From Gammaproteobacteria bacterium (GTDB taxonomy: Bacteria; Pseudomonadota; Gammaproteobacteria; Eutrophobiales; Eutrophobiaceae): a stretch of DNA of 64,000 bases. Of this stretch, positions 9,393 through 20,045 are shown one piece after another (within the stretch, counting starts at the first letter, position 1; every line of letters starts with the position of its first letter). Made by a program: the position numbers and the translations under genes. The notes below the pieces were generated by a model. It was not told where the DNA came from, did not search any database, and saw only the letters and a list, made by a program, of their open reading frames with translations. The DNA lies in assembly GCA_965220815.1 (NCBI GenBank), contig OZ244846.1:2588104-2652103 (forward strand), written 5' to 3'.

Positions 9393-12300
9393 TTATTCGA
9401 TCCAGTAACGTCGGCGCTGGAACGGATAGCCTGGCAGCGAGATCCGGCGCCGGTTTTCTCCCGCAAACAGTTCGGCGAAGGCAACCGTCTCGCCGGCTTC
9501 GTAAGCCTGCGCCGCCACGACCACTGGCAAGTCCTGGCCTTGCGCTTCCGGTCCGTCACCGGACGGCCGGAACGCACCCGACGGTTCTACCGGCGTCAGC
9601 GACGCTGTATCCGTTTGCGCAAGCGCCTCCAGCCCTTCCCGCAGTGACGCAGCGTCGTTGAATACGATGCCCTTGCGGTACGCAAAATGGGACCTCCCTA
9701 CGCCCGCGGTCCAGGCCATGTCGGCCAGCAATTCGCTGCTGATACTTCCGTCTGACGGGGTTTCCCCAGTGCCTTCGTCCAGCCATGACAGGTAGCGGAG
9801 CGCCAGATCCCTGAGCGCCTCTCCGGATTTGCCGGAGAGCGGCAGGAGCCGGGCCTGTCCGTCCAGCAGGTTATCTTTTTCCGCAGGCGGGTCCGTATAT
9901 CCTTCTACCACAACATGCGCGTTTGTTCCCGATATTCCGAACGAACTGATTGCCGCCCTGGGAGGTCGTTCGGGATGGCGCGGCCAGTCAACCATGCTCG
10001 AAACAACGCGTACCGGAAGCCGGTCCCATTCCAGGTTCGGGTTCGGGTCCCGGAAGTGCAGTTGCTTGGGTATCACCCCTCGATTCATTGCCAGGACTAC
10101 CTTGATGATACCGGCGATTCCGGCGGCCGTTTCCAGGTGGCCGATGTTCGTTTTTACCGAACCGATCAGTAGCGGATAGGCTTCTTCTCGCCCGTTTCCG
10201 TAAACCGCCGCTGCTGCTTGCACTTCAATCGGGTCGCCCAGCGCAGATCCCGCTCCATGGGCTTCCAGGTAGTCCACTTCTGCCGGTGTAATACCAGCCT
10301 GGGTAAGCGCCGCTTCGATCACTCGTTCCTGCGCAGGGCCGTTCGGCGCTGTGGGACCGGCGCTCGGACCGTTCTGGTTAACCGCCGCTCCACGCAGCAC
10401 AGCCCAGATGCGGTCGCCGTCGGCCTCAGCCTCGGCCAGGCGTTTCAGCACGAGCATCCCGCAACCCTCGCCACGCGCAAAGCCGTCAGCCGAAGCATCG
10501 AAGGTCTTGCAGCGCTGTTCCTTCGACAGCATGCCCAATTCCGCCATTTCGCCTGTTTTCCCGGGCGACAGGACCGTGTTAACCCCACCTGCCAGCGCCA
10601 GGTTCACCTCGCCCTGGCGCAGGGAGGTCAATGCATGGTGCACGGAGACCAGCGAAGATGCGCAGTTGAGTTCCACAGGCACCGCCGGCCCCGTAAGACC
10701 CAGTTTGAATGATACCCCGCCAACCGCCATGCTGTTGGCAGTGCCGACGTAACTGATACTGCTTCCGGCGGCAAGCATCAGGTCCCGGTATTCACTGGAG
10801 GCAACGCCGGCGAACACGCCGGTATTGCTGCCTCTCAGATCGTCCGGGTTAATCCCCGCATCTTCCAGGGCCTGCCAGCTTGCCTCCAGGAGCAGGCGGT
10901 GTTGCGGGTCCGTGGCGCGCGCACTGATCGGCGATATCCCGAAGAAACGCGCATCAAACAGGTCAATCCCCTCGATGAAGCCAGCGCGCCGCAAGGCGCT
11001 GTCGCTTTGGGCAGGGTCTCCGGCAACACCTTCCCAGGAACCGGAATCCTGGCGCCCATCCGTCACGGCATCCGCGCCGGCTTCGAGCAAACGCCAGAAG
11101 GCCGGGAGATCCGCTGCACCCGGGAAGCGGCACGCCATGCCTATGATCGCTATACCGTCATCGCCATTTCGTAGCGACGGCTCCGGTTTCGGTTTGGGCT
11201 GCGTCTCAGGTTGTGTCCTAGGTTGTACTTGGGGGGCAGGCGTACCGATGACTTCAACCAGTTCCTGAGCCAGGTGGCCGGCGAGTGCGGCGATGTCCGG
11301 ATAGTCGAACACCACGGTGTTGGATGCTTTGTATTCCCCGGAAAACGCCCGGTTCAGCCGGTTGCGCAGTTCCACCGCCATCAGCGAGTCCATACCCAGG
11401 TCAAAGAACCCCACTTTGGGTTCAGGCGTACTCTGCAGCCGCAGCACCGCCTGTACTTCCTGTTGCAGGAAGGACGCGAGCAATTCCTCATGTGTCGTTG
11501 CCGGCGCTTCCCGCAGGGAGGCAAGCAGGTCGTCCGGCGAGGTCGCGTCTTTGGCCTTGTCGTCCGAGTCTCTGGACAACAGGTCTTCCAGCAGGGGCGG
11601 ACGGTCGTCCACAGCCTCTTCGTACACCGACCAGTCCATTGACATCACCACGGCGGTCGTGGCGTCCTGGCGCACCAGCCGGTCTAATGCCCTGAGACCC
11701 TGTTGCGGGGTAAACCAGCGGCCACCGAGCGCCGAGCGCTGCCGTTCAATACGGTCTCGCTGTTCAGCCGCTTCACCTATGTCCGACCAGGCTCCCCAGG
11801 CGATGGCCTGTCCCGGCAATCCCAGCGCGCGCCGGTGACCGGCGAGTTGGTCCAGGAAGGCATTGGCCGCGGCGTGGTTCGCCTGTCCCGGATTGCCCAT
11901 CACGCCAACCCTGCTGGAAAACAGGATAAAGAAATCCAGGTCAAGGTGCGCGGTTGCGCGATGCAGTTGCCAACCCCCCATTATTTTCGGCCACAATACT
12001 TCCTCAAATCGCTCCCATGTCTGGTTGGTCAGCGCGCCGTCCGACAGCACTCCAACGCTATGGATCACGCCTCCCAACGGCGGCAGTTCCTGCTCCATGC
12101 GCGCCAGCATATTGTCCACGGCAGCCATGTCTGTCATGTCCGCCAGTTCCACCCAGACCGCCACCCCGCGCTCCCTGATCGCGCGGATTGTTTCCATGGC
12201 GGTGGCATCCGGCTCCCGGCGCCCGTTCAGTACGATAGTTCCGGCGCCATGGTCGGCAAGCCAGCCGGCCACGGCGCACCCGATCCCGCCCAGGCCGCCG

Positions 12301-15300
12301 GTCACCAGGTAGGCCCTGTCCTGCCGCAGCCGGCCCTTGATCAGCGGTGGGGTTGTCACCACGATCTTGCCGAGGTGACGGGCCGAACGCATGAACGACA
12401 GCGCAGCGCCCGCTTCGGCCAGCGGCCAGCGGCTGTGTATGATCGGTTTCAGTTCTCCCGAGGAAAGACGCCCAATCACACTCCTCAGAACCTTTCCTAC
12501 GTGGGCCGGTTCCGTCTTTTTGAGAACATCCAGTTCCAGTATATGGTAGGGCACGTCCGGTCGCAGGGCCGCCATCTCGTCTTCGCTCAGGATGTCCCGC
12601 CTGGCCATCTCCACGAAGCGGCCACCTTGCCTGAGACAGGACAGGCTGGCATCTATAAAGCCTTCCCCCGTCAGGCTGTTCAGCACCACGTCCACACCCT
12701 TGCCGCCCGTCGCCTCCATGATCTCCTGCCCGAACGCGATAGTGCGGCTGTCGAATATGTGCCGGACGCCGAGCGAACGGAGATAGTCCTGTTTCGGTGC
12801 GCTTGCGGTTGCGAAGACTTCCGCTCCTGCAGCCTGCACCAGCTGGATGGCCGCCAGCCCCACGCCGCCCGCACCGGCATGGACCAGGACCCGGTCGCCG
12901 GCCTTAAGCCCGGAGAACTCGAAGGACAACGCGGCCGACACGAATGCGCTCGGTACCGTTGCCAGTTCGGAGACGGAGAATCCCGCCGGCGCGGGTGTTA
13001 CCAGTTCCTCATGCGTAATCATTTGCGGCCCGAACGCGCCGAACCCCAGTCCCACAATATGGTCGCCGGGCGAAACGGTCGATACCTCGGCGCCGGTCTC
13101 AAGGATGTGGCCGCACATCTCCCTGCCCAGCAGCCCTTCCTCGATGAAGCCGAGCGAACGGAACACGTCCCAGAAGTTGAGCCCGGCAGCGTCCACCGCG
13201 ACGCGTACTTCCCTGGGTTCCAGGGGGCGCGCCGGCAACGGCTGTACGCAGGGCCTGTCGAACACGCCGGCCGGGTCCGGCGCCAGCACCCATTCAAGAC
13301 CTTCCGGAAAGGCCAGCCGTTCCCCTGCGTCTTCGGCCCTGACCAGGCGCGCCGTCCGGCGCTGACTCCTGCGGTAGGCGATGTGATTCTCGGTGTCGGG
13401 ATACAGGAGTTCATTGACCAGGTCGGGCGCGGGCGCCATCATGTCGGGGTCCAGGTCAATCATCCTCGGTTGCAGGTGAGCCGCTTCCCGCGCCACCGCC
13501 TTGCCCAGGCCCCACAGGGCCGCACCGGCCGGTTCCCCGCCGATCTCCCGCTCCAGCACCTGCGCGCCACGTGTGAAGAACCACATGCCCTGAGCGGGTG
13601 TTTTATCGGAGTCGGCCACTCCTTGCACCAGTGCGAGCGCACTCGCCACTGCGCGTTGCACATCTGCCGCCATTTCCCCGGTCGTTGCCTGCGGGCCGTG
13701 ACCGTCAAGTCCCATGAGATGTACTACACCATTGAACGGCACATCCGCAGGCAGGCTTTCCACCAGCGCCTGCCACCATGCGCGCCGTTCCGGTTCCACC
13801 TTGGCCGGAGAAATGCCGGGACCAGCCGCTGCCGGCCTGCCGTTGATGGCCTGCGGTTTTTGGGGCGCCTCACTGCCCGCCAGTATGACCTTCTGGTTGC
13901 GCGCCGCCAGGTCGGCTGCGAGTTGCTGTGCCAGTCCACCCTGGTCCGCCGCCAGAATCCACGCGCCGGGGGCTTCTTTTACCTGCGCAGGACCCTGGGC
14001 CACGATCACGCCCTTGTCCGGAATCCTGGTTGTATCGGACTCATCCACGCCCAGCACCACGGCTTCGGTAAAACCCGCGTCACCAAGCGCCCGGCGCCAC
14101 ACCGCCGGGTTCGCCAGGGCGTGATGCGGGCGGTAGTCGTCGGCAAAGCGCCACCAGCCGTCCAGTTGCCCGAAGGTCAGATCCATCCAGCCCAGGCCGC
14201 TGAGGTTCTCCAGAGCCACCAGTTGTCCCGCCGGCGCCAGGAGGTCCAGGCAGTGCCCCAGCGTTTCTTCCAGGTAGCGCGTAGCGTGCAGGACGTTGGA
14301 TGCGATCAGCAGGTCATAGCCGTGGGAGTCGAAGCCCTGGGCGACGGGGTCTTTCTCGATATCCAGCGGACGGTAATCGATGCATCCGCCGCCGTCGCCG
14401 AAGCGGGCCTCCGCTTCCGCGAAGAAGCCTGCGGAGATATCCGTGTAGGTATAATCGAACCATCTTTCCGGCAGTTCCGGCAGGACGGTGTTGGTCGCCG
14501 ATCCGGTGCCTGCCCCGATCTCCAGCACCCGCAGTCGCCGTCCTTCGGGCAACCCGGCTACAAGCGACCGGACTGCATCTCCCAGCAAGCGGTTCGCGGC
14601 GCGCGCCACCGGCGCTTTCAGGTACAGGTCGGCCGCGGTAGGCTCGCCGCTGCTGAACAGGAGGGTCAACGGGTCGGCCTTGCCGCGCAGCACCTCCCCC
14701 AGGGCGCTGCCGGAGCGCCGGAACAGCCCAATCTCGGTCTGGCCGTGCGCATAGCGTCCGGCCATCTGATCGGCAAACTTTTCAGGATCCTCCGGCATGT
14801 GTTCAGGTAACGGATCTCCGGGCCCCAGGAGAACGGTGAAACCGTCGTCCGTCTCCGCCACTACCCCGGATTTGGCAAGCATTTCGAACATGCGGCGGAA
14901 CAGGCGTTTGTGCTCCTCAGTGACGTTCAACCGTTGTTGCAACGCCTCCGGGTCTACGGTCTCACCTGCCTTGCGCTGCCAGCCCAGTTCTTCCAGGGTT
15001 GCCAGCGCGCGCGTGCGCGACCACCGCTCCAGGTCCTGCAACAGGGCATCCCTGCTCTCGGGCGGGACTCCTGCTTCTGTCAGGTAATCAGTGAACAACT
15101 GCGATTCGGCCGCAATGGTTGCCGGACCCGGGAAGAAGTCCGCGGCTTTCATTCCGGGGGGGAGGGCGTGATCGCGCCACACGATTTCGTACAGCAGGTC
15201 CTTCACACCCTCGACTGCCGAGAGCAGCGCAGCCCGTGTTGCGCGCTTTACCGTGTAACCGTTAATACCGCCGATTAGAACCCCGTTTCCATCGTAAATG

Positions 15301-18300
15301 CGCATTTCACTGCTCAGGACCTCCGGCGGCTCACCCGTATCCTCTTCCTGCTCCCGGGAAACCTGGTTCATACGCACGTGACAGAGCGCCCGCTCCGGCA
15401 ATTTTTGCGTAAGCCATAATCGCTCCCAGCCGAAAGGCAGGTAGGTAGTTGTGCTTTGCGTTCCGGTCAGGCCGCGCGCAATGCCGACGACCTGAAAACA
15501 GCCGTCCAGTAATAGTGGATGAATATCCATACCGCTCTTGCCGAGAACTGCCGGGAAAGACACCTCACCCAGCGCCTCGCCCTGCCGTGACCAGGCTCTC
15601 CCAAGGGTGCGGAAAGACGGGCCGAGGTCAACACCGGTGCCTGCCCTGGCGCGGTAATAGCCCGCCACGTCCACCGGACTCAGTCCGGACTTCAGGCTTT
15701 CCGGGTCGATGCGCCCGGCGGCTTCCGGGACCGGCGCATCCGCCGACACGCGTCCCTCTACATGTACCGTCCAACCCTCTTCATTCCCCTTGCTGAATAT
15801 CTGTACGGGACGTGACAGCGCCTGCTCGGAAGCATCGAGCAGTACCTGTAGCTTGCGGCTGTCCTTATACTCATCTTTGCCGGCCTCATTTTCCTGGGCG
15901 CTCTCCTCCGGGAATACCAGCGGGTTGTGCAGTTGCATGTCTTCAACTACTACCGGCCAGTTCCCTTCACAGAGTAGTGCAGAGGCCGCCATTGAGCCGT
16001 ACAGCGCCCCCGGCGCCACCACCCGGTTGAAAACCCGGTGATCGTTCAGCCACTCCGGATCGGAGCGAAACAGTTCTGTCTCGAAGGTGATCTCGCCACG
16101 CGCAGATTCATGACGCCCGCCCAGCAAGGGGTGATCGGCGCTGCCGCGCCGTTGCTTCGTCGTCTCTACCCAGTGGCGCCTGCGTTGAAACGGATAACCG
16201 GGTATTGAAATGCGGCGCCGCGACTCTCCTGCGAAAAGCCCCGCGAATCGAATCGGAAGCCCTGCCTCGTAAGCTGCCGCGGCCGCTTCCGTAAAACTGC
16301 CGCCTGCAGGCGCCGCGCCGTTGCCTGACGGCCTTTGCAGGCTTGACAGCACTGTCGGCGCCGGTGTCTGTGCCGACTCCGGCCAGGCCGAGAGCGCCAT
16401 TGGGGCCAGCACCGCGTGGGGGCCTATCTCCAGCACCAGGTCCACCCCGAGTTCCGCTAATGTCTCGACCCCGCGGGCGAATGCCACCGGCTCCCGGGCA
16501 TGCCGCTTCCAGTATGCCCCGTCCAGCGCCTGGCCTGTCTCCACCACCCGGCCTGTCAGGTTGCTGACCACGGCCAGGGAGGGAGACTTAATTTGCACGC
16601 CGTCCAGGGAGGCTTCCAGTGCGTCCAGCGCCGGCTCGACCAGGGCGCTGTGGAATGCTTTTGCCGTGTTCAGCTTCCGGGCCCGGATCCCCTCCGCTTC
16701 GAGCTGCTTCATGATGGTTTCAACTTCGTCGACCGGCCCGCTGATCACCTGGTGGGTTCCGTTGTCCGCCGAGATGTTCACCCCGCTTCCGGCAGACGCT
16801 GCGTTCGCTGCCCGGACTTCGGCTGCCACCTGCGACGCCGGCGCAAAAACCGCGGCCATGGCACCCTGTTCGGTTGCGGACAGCAGGGCGCCGCGTGCGC
16901 AGGCAAAGCGCATGCCGTCCTCCAGGTTGAATACTCCCGCGGTGTGCGCCGCTGCCAGTTCCCCGACACTGTGTCCCATCACCACCCCGGGCCGTATGCC
17001 CACGCTCGACCAGAGCGCCGTCAGCGCGCATTCCAGCGCGAACAGGGCGGGTTGTTCCCATGCCGTATCACCCAGTTTCCCTTCCGTCCCGGCGCGGCCG
17101 AACATGACGTCCAGCAGGGAGGTTCCTCGTTCATCCCGGAATACCGTCTCACAGTGATCCAGGACTGCCCGCGCCACCGGTTCGTTCTCGTACAGCGCCT
17201 GCCCCATACCGGCCCACTGGCTTCCCTGGCCGGTGTAGACAAACGCGACCTTGTTCACTGAGCGGGACCTGGCCGCCTCACCGGTTTCAGCCAGTTCGCC
17301 GAGTTGTTCCTGCAGAGATCCGGCATCGTGGAAAACAATACCTGTGCGGTATTCGAAATGGCTCCGTCCCGCGCCCGCAGTCCACGCCATGTCCGCCAGC
17401 AGGGGTTCCGGTACGGCGCCGTCCGACGACATCTCCCCGGCCTGTTCACTGAGCCATGACAGGTAGCGCCCGGCAAGTTCCCTGAGCGCATGCTCCGATT
17501 TGCCTGATAACGGAAGGAAACGGATCTTGCGCGGTCCCATTTCCTGCTCCGGTAACGGCAGGTGAGCTACGTCCGAGGGCGGAGAAACCGCTAACATCCG
17601 CGCACGGCCCGCCGCCTGGTATTCCTTGCTTGGCGCCGTATCCGCAGGGACATGCTCCTCCAGCACGATATGTGCGTTGGTCCCGGATATCCCGAAAGAG
17701 TTCACCCCCGCCAGGCGGGGTCTTCCGTTGCGGCGCGGCCACTCCGTTAAATCCGTTGTAACCTGTAACGGCAGGCGCTCCCAGTCGATAGCCGGGTTGG
17801 GATCATGGAAATGCAGGTGTTTAGGAATCACACCCTGCTTGATGGCTAATGCGGCCTTGATCACGCCGGCAACCCCTGCAGCCGATTCCAGGTGGCCGAC
17901 GTTGGTTTTCACAGAGCCGGTCAGCAGCGGATGATCACTTACGCGCCCCTTGCAGTAGACTTCGGCAACAGCATTAATCTCAATCGGATCGCCCACGGTG
18001 GTTCCGGTCCCATGGGCCTCGAGGAAGTCCACGTCCGTTGCCGGGACGCCCGCCTGCGACAGCGCCTCGTCCATGACCTGAACCAGCGCCGGCGTGTTGG
18101 GAACCGTGAGTCCCACGCTGGCCCCGCCGTGGTTCACCGCCGAGCCCCGGATGACCCCCCAGATGCGGTCGCCGTCCGCCTCCGCCTCATTCAGCCGCTT
18201 CAGCACCACCACCCCGCAACCTTCACCCCGTACATAGCCGTTCGCTGACGCATCGAAGGTCTTGCACTGCCCGTCAGGGGACAACATCATCGCATCCGCG

Positions 18301-18956
18301 CGCAGTTCGTAGATGCGGCTGTTCAGCAGGGCCTGCACGCCGCCGGCAAGGGCCAGGTCCGCCTTGCCCTGCTGCAGGTCCGCCACCGCATCGTGGATGG
18401 ACACAAGGGATGAGGCGCAGGCGGCGTCAACCGCTTTCACCGGACCCATCAGGCCCATTACGAAAGCCACCCTGCCTGCCGCTCCGTTCAGGTTGGTGCC
18501 GCTCAGGGCATAGAGACAGGAGGCCGCATCGGCAGGTTTGCCTGACTCCAGGACCAGCATCCGGTATTCGTCGTTGCTGATCCCGGCGTACACGCCGGTG
18601 CGGCTGCCCTCCAGGCTGCCCGGGTCTATCCCCGCGTCCTCGAGCGCCTGCCAGCTCGTTTCCAGCATCATCCGTTGTTGCGGGTCCAGCAGTTGTGACT
18701 CGACCGGAGAAATCCGGAAGAACGTTTCATCGAACTGATCTATGTCGCTGACGAAAGCGCCGAATCGACAGCCTTCGTTCAAATCCGAGCCGTCAGGGAA
18801 AAGTTCTCCGATGCGCCCGACGCCCGATCCCGGAACACCCTCGGTCACAGCATTCTCTCCGGCTTCGAGCAGGCGCCAGAAAGAGGGGATATCCGGCGCG
18901 CCGGGGAAACGGCATGCCATGCCCACTATCGCGATCGGTTGTGCGGTCCCGGTCAA
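9393..18956 (-). CDS. supA: Type I PKS KS-AT-DH-cMT-ER-KR-ACP-KS (SupA-like, probable methyl-branched fatty acid synthase)
   Basis: KS1 DAACASS/HGTGT/KTNVGH; AT GQGSQW/GHSVG/AFHS; DH DHRVFNRVVAPG; MT VLEIGAGTGS; ER HAGAGGVG; KR TGGLGGIG; ACP LGMDSL; KS2 ELNCASS/HGAGS/KTNIGH. Architecture and neighbours match the sponge-symbiont sup operon as recalled; the PKS call is certain, the sup name is less so. Confidence 0.9.
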   Translation of the reverse strand: MTGTAQPIAIVGMACRFPGAPDIPSFWRLLEAGENAVTEGVPGSGVGRIGELFPDGSDLNEGCRFGAFVSDIDQFDETFFRISPVESQLLDPQQRMMLETSWQALEDAGIDPGSLEGSRTGVYAGISNDEYRMLVLESGKPADAASCLYALSGTNLNGAAGRVAFVMGLMGPVKAVDAACASSLVSIHDAVADLQQGKADLALAGGVQALLNSRIYELRADAMMLSPDGQCKTFDASANGYVRGEGCGVVVLKRLNEAEADGDRIWGVIRGSAVNHGGASVGLTVPNTPALVQVMDEALSQAGVPATDVDFLEAHGTGTTVGDPIEINAVAEVYCKGRVSDHPLLTGSVKTNVGHLESAAGVAGVIKAALAIKQGVIPKHLHFHDPNPAIDWERLPLQVTTDLTEWPRRNGRPRLAGVNSFGISGTNAHIVLEEHVPADTAPSKEYQAAGRARMLAVSPPSDVAHLPLPEQEMGPRKIRFLPLSGKSEHALRELAGRYLSWLSEQAGEMSSDGAVPEPLLADMAWTAGAGRSHFEYRTGIVFHDAGSLQEQLGELAETGEAARSRSVNKVAFVYTGQGSQWAGMGQALYENEPVARAVLDHCETVFRDERGTSLLDVMFGRAGTEGKLGDTAWEQPALFALECALTALWSSVGIRPGVVMGHSVGELAAAHTAGVFNLEDGMRFACARGALLSATEQGAMAAVFAPASQVAAEVRAANAASAGSGVNISADNGTHQVISGPVDEVETIMKQLEAEGIRARKLNTAKAFHSALVEPALDALEASLDGVQIKSPSLAVVSNLTGRVVETGQALDGAYWKRHAREPVAFARGVETLAELGVDLVLEIGPHAVLAPMALSAWPESAQTPAPTVLSSLQRPSGNGAAPAGGSFTEAAAAAYEAGLPIRFAGLFAGESRRRISIPGYPFQRRRHWVETTKQRRGSADHPLLGGRHESARGEITFETELFRSDPEWLNDHRVFNRVVAPGALYGSMAASALLCEGNWPVVVEDMQLHNPLVFPEESAQENEAGKDEYKDSRKLQVLLDASEQALSRPVQIFSKGNEEGWTVHVEGRVSADAPVPEAAGRIDPESLKSGLSPVDVAGYYRARAGTGVDLGPSFRTLGRAWSRQGEALGEVSFPAVLGKSGMDIHPLLLDGCFQVVGIARGLTGTQSTTTYLPFGWERLWLTQKLPERALCHVRMNQVSREQEEDTGEPPEVLSSEMRIYDGNGVLIGGINGYTVKRATRAALLSAVEGVKDLLYEIVWRDHALPPGMKAADFFPGPATIAAESQLFTDYLTEAGVPPESRDALLQDLERWSRTRALATLEELGWQRKAGETVDPEALQQRLNVTEEHKRLFRRMFEMLAKSGVVAETDDGFTVLLGPGDPLPEHMPEDPEKFADQMAGRYAHGQTEIGLFRRSGSALGEVLRGKADPLTLLFSSGEPTAADLYLKAPVARAANRLLGDAVRSLVAGLPEGRRLRVLEIGAGTGSATNTVLPELPERWFDYTYTDISAGFFAEAEARFGDGGGCIDYRPLDIEKDPVAQGFDSHGYDLLIASNVLHATRYLEETLGHCLDLLAPAGQLVALENLSGLGWMDLTFGQLDGWWRFADDYRPHHALANPAVWRRALGDAGFTEAVVLGVDESDTTRIPDKGVIVAQGPAQVKEAPGAWILAADQGGLAQQLAADLAARNQKVILAGSEAPQKPQAINGRPAAAGPGISPAKVEPERRAWWQALVESLPADVPFNGVVHLMGLDGHGPQATTGEMAADVQRAVASALALVQGVADSDKTPAQGMWFFTRGAQVLEREIGGEPAGAALWGLGKAVAREAAHLQPRMIDLDPDMMAPAPDLVNELLYPDTENHIAYRRSQRRTARLVRAEDAGERLAFPEGLEWVLAPDPAGVFDRPCVQPLPARPLEPREVRVAVDAAGLNFWDVFRSLGFIEEGLLGREMCGHILETGAEVSTVSPGDHIVGLGFGAFGPQMITHEELVTPAPAGFSVSELATVPSAFVSAALSFEFSGLKAGDRVLVHAGAGGVGLAAIQLVQAAGAEVFATASAPKQDYLRSLGVRHIFDSRTIAFGQEIMEATGGKGVDVVLNSLTGEGFIDASLSCLRQGGRFVEMARRDILSEDEMAALRPDVPYHILELDVLKKTEPAHVGKVLRSVIGRLSSGELKPIIHSRWPLAEAGAALSFMRSARHLGKIVVTTPPLIKGRLRQDRAYLVTGGLGGIGCAVAGWLADHGAGTIVLNGRREPDATAMETIRAIRERGVAVWVELADMTDMAAVDNMLARMEQELPPLGGVIHSVGVLSDGALTNQTWERFEEVLWPKIMGGWQLHRATAHLDLDFFILFSSRVGVMGNPGQANHAAANAFLDQLAGHRRALGLPGQAIAWGAWSDIGEAAEQRDRIERQRSALGGRWFTPQQGLRALDRLVRQDATTAVVMSMDWSVYEEAVDDRPPLLEDLLSRDSDDKAKDATSPDDLLASLREAPATTHEELLASFLQQEVQAVLRLQSTPEPKVGFFDLGMDSLMAVELRNRLNRAFSGEYKASNTVVFDYPDIAALAGHLAQELVEVIGTPAPQVQPRTQPETQPKPKPEPSLRNGDDGIAIIGMACRFPGAADLPAFWRLLEAGADAVTDGRQDSGSWEGVAGDPAQSDSALRRAGFIEGIDLFDARFFGISPISARATDPQHRLLLEASWQALEDAGINPDDLRGSNTGVFAGVASSEYRDLMLAAGSSISYVGTANSMAVGGVSFKLGLTGPAVPVELNCASSLVSVHHALTSLRQGEVNLALAGGVNTVLSPGKTGEMAELGMLSKEQRCKTFDASADGFARGEGCGMLVLKRLAEAEADGDRIWAVLRGAAVNQNGPSAGPTAPNGPAQERVIEAALTQAGITPAEVDYLEAHGAGSALGDPIEVQAAAAVYGNGREEAYPLLIGSVKTNIGHLETAAGIAGIIKVVLAMNRGVIPKQLHFRDPNPNLEWDRLPVRVVSSMVDWPRHPERPPRAAISSFGISGTNAHVVVEGYTDPPAEKDNLLDGQARLLPLSGKSGEALRDLALRYLSWLDEGTGETPSDGSISSELLADMAWTAGVGRSHFAYRKGIVFNDAASLREGLEALAQTDTASLTPVEPSGAFRPSGDGPEAQGQDLPVVVAAQAYEAGETVAFAELFAGENRRRISLPGYPFQRRRYWIE

Positions 18957-18967
18957 GGCGCGCTACC

Positions 18968-19909
18968 TCATAAACTCCCGGCCGGCACATCCTGTTCGAG
19001 GAATTCGCGCATGGTCGCAACGCATTCCTCCGGTTGTTCCAGTTGCATGAAGTGGGTCGTATCGGGCAGAAAATCGTAGTCCACGCTCAGGATGTCGCTC
19101 AGGTCTATGGTGGGCAGGTAGGAGTACGGCAAGGTAGGGTCCGCGCCGATGGCTTTTGTCGGGCAGTGGACATCATCAAAGTCCATCAGTGGAGAGAAAA
19201 CCCTGGTGTAATCAATGATCTGTGCCTCATAATCAGGCGGGCAGCAAAGTTCGTAACCTTCACCGTCAGCAGACTCGCGCAACGTGGTGCTTGCCATCAG
19301 TTCACGCACACCGGGCACTACGTGCCTCAACGCCGGCAGGAACTCAAGCAGTTCGATATACTGTTCTTTACTCTTGAAACGGTTGGAGCGGCGCCGGGTC
19401 ATCGCCGCGGTCTTTTCGGTGGCCTCGTCAAATTTTGCCTGGCTGGCGCCGGGTTTGCACAGAGGCGGATCGAACAGGACCAGCGCAGCGAAAGCGCTGT
19501 CTCCGGCTGATGTGCCGAGTTCCGCGAGTATTGAAGTCGACATAAGCGTTACCAGTGAAGAGACGGAATGAAATACGCCGATTTTCGGTTTCTTTCCGTA
19601 ATGTTCGTCGATTGCCGTGAGGATACGGTTGTGGTCGCGCACGAGAATCGGTACGTTATGGTTGCTGATGGCTCCGACTTTATTCCAGCCGTGGTTTCTC
19701 AAATCATAAATCATGAGGTCGTAATCGTCCATGAGCAACGACCAGAAAGGAAAATAGAGATCGATAGCGAGGCCGTTGCCGTGACTCAGAACGAGGCGCG
19801 GGCCCGCCGGGTTCCCGTAGCGGCGCAGGGTAATGATGGTGTCGCCGTCCGGACGGACTTCACAGACGGAAGCGGGTTCAGGTATCTCCCACAGGTTCTC
19901 TGAAGCCAT
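18968..19909 (-). CDS. Alpha/beta hydrolase, SupD-like by position
   Basis: LVLSHGNG, YDLRNHG, nucleophile elbow GVFHSVS and THFMQLEQP. Confidence 0.85.
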   Translation of the reverse strand: MASENLWEIPEPASVCEVRPDGDTIITLRRYGNPAGPRLVLSHGNGLAIDLYFPFWSLLMDDYDLMIYDLRNHGWNKVGAISNHNVPILVRDHNRILTAIDEHYGKKPKIGVFHSVSSLVTLMSTSILAELGTSAGDSAFAALVLFDPPLCKPGASQAKFDEATEKTAAMTRRRSNRFKSKEQYIELLEFLPALRHVVPGVRELMASTTLRESADGEGYELCCPPDYEAQIIDYTRVFSPLMDFDDVHCPTKAIGADPTLPYSYLPTIDLSDILSVDYDFLPDTTHFMQLEQPEECVATMREFLEQDVPAGSL

Positions 19910-20045
19910 TGTGATTCAGTTTTTTGGCGAGAGTTGCGACCATGCCGCATTACATGGCTGAAATCCCGTAAGGCATACGACGCCGGACAGGCTGAGCCTG
20001 TACCTGTCCGGCATAAGCACCACCGCGTCCGCGCGCGCGGACGAA

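Noticed and set aside
11703-14810. 1035-aa plus-strand ORF
   Set aside because: Antisense shadow of the GC-rich PKS with no recognisable motifs; the same applies to most other overlapping ORFs in the track.
19982-20012. Hairpin GCCGGACAGG...CCTGTCCGGC after the ACP gene as a terminator
   Set aside because: No U-tract on the coding strand; it may be an mRNA stability hairpin but is unsupported as a terminator.
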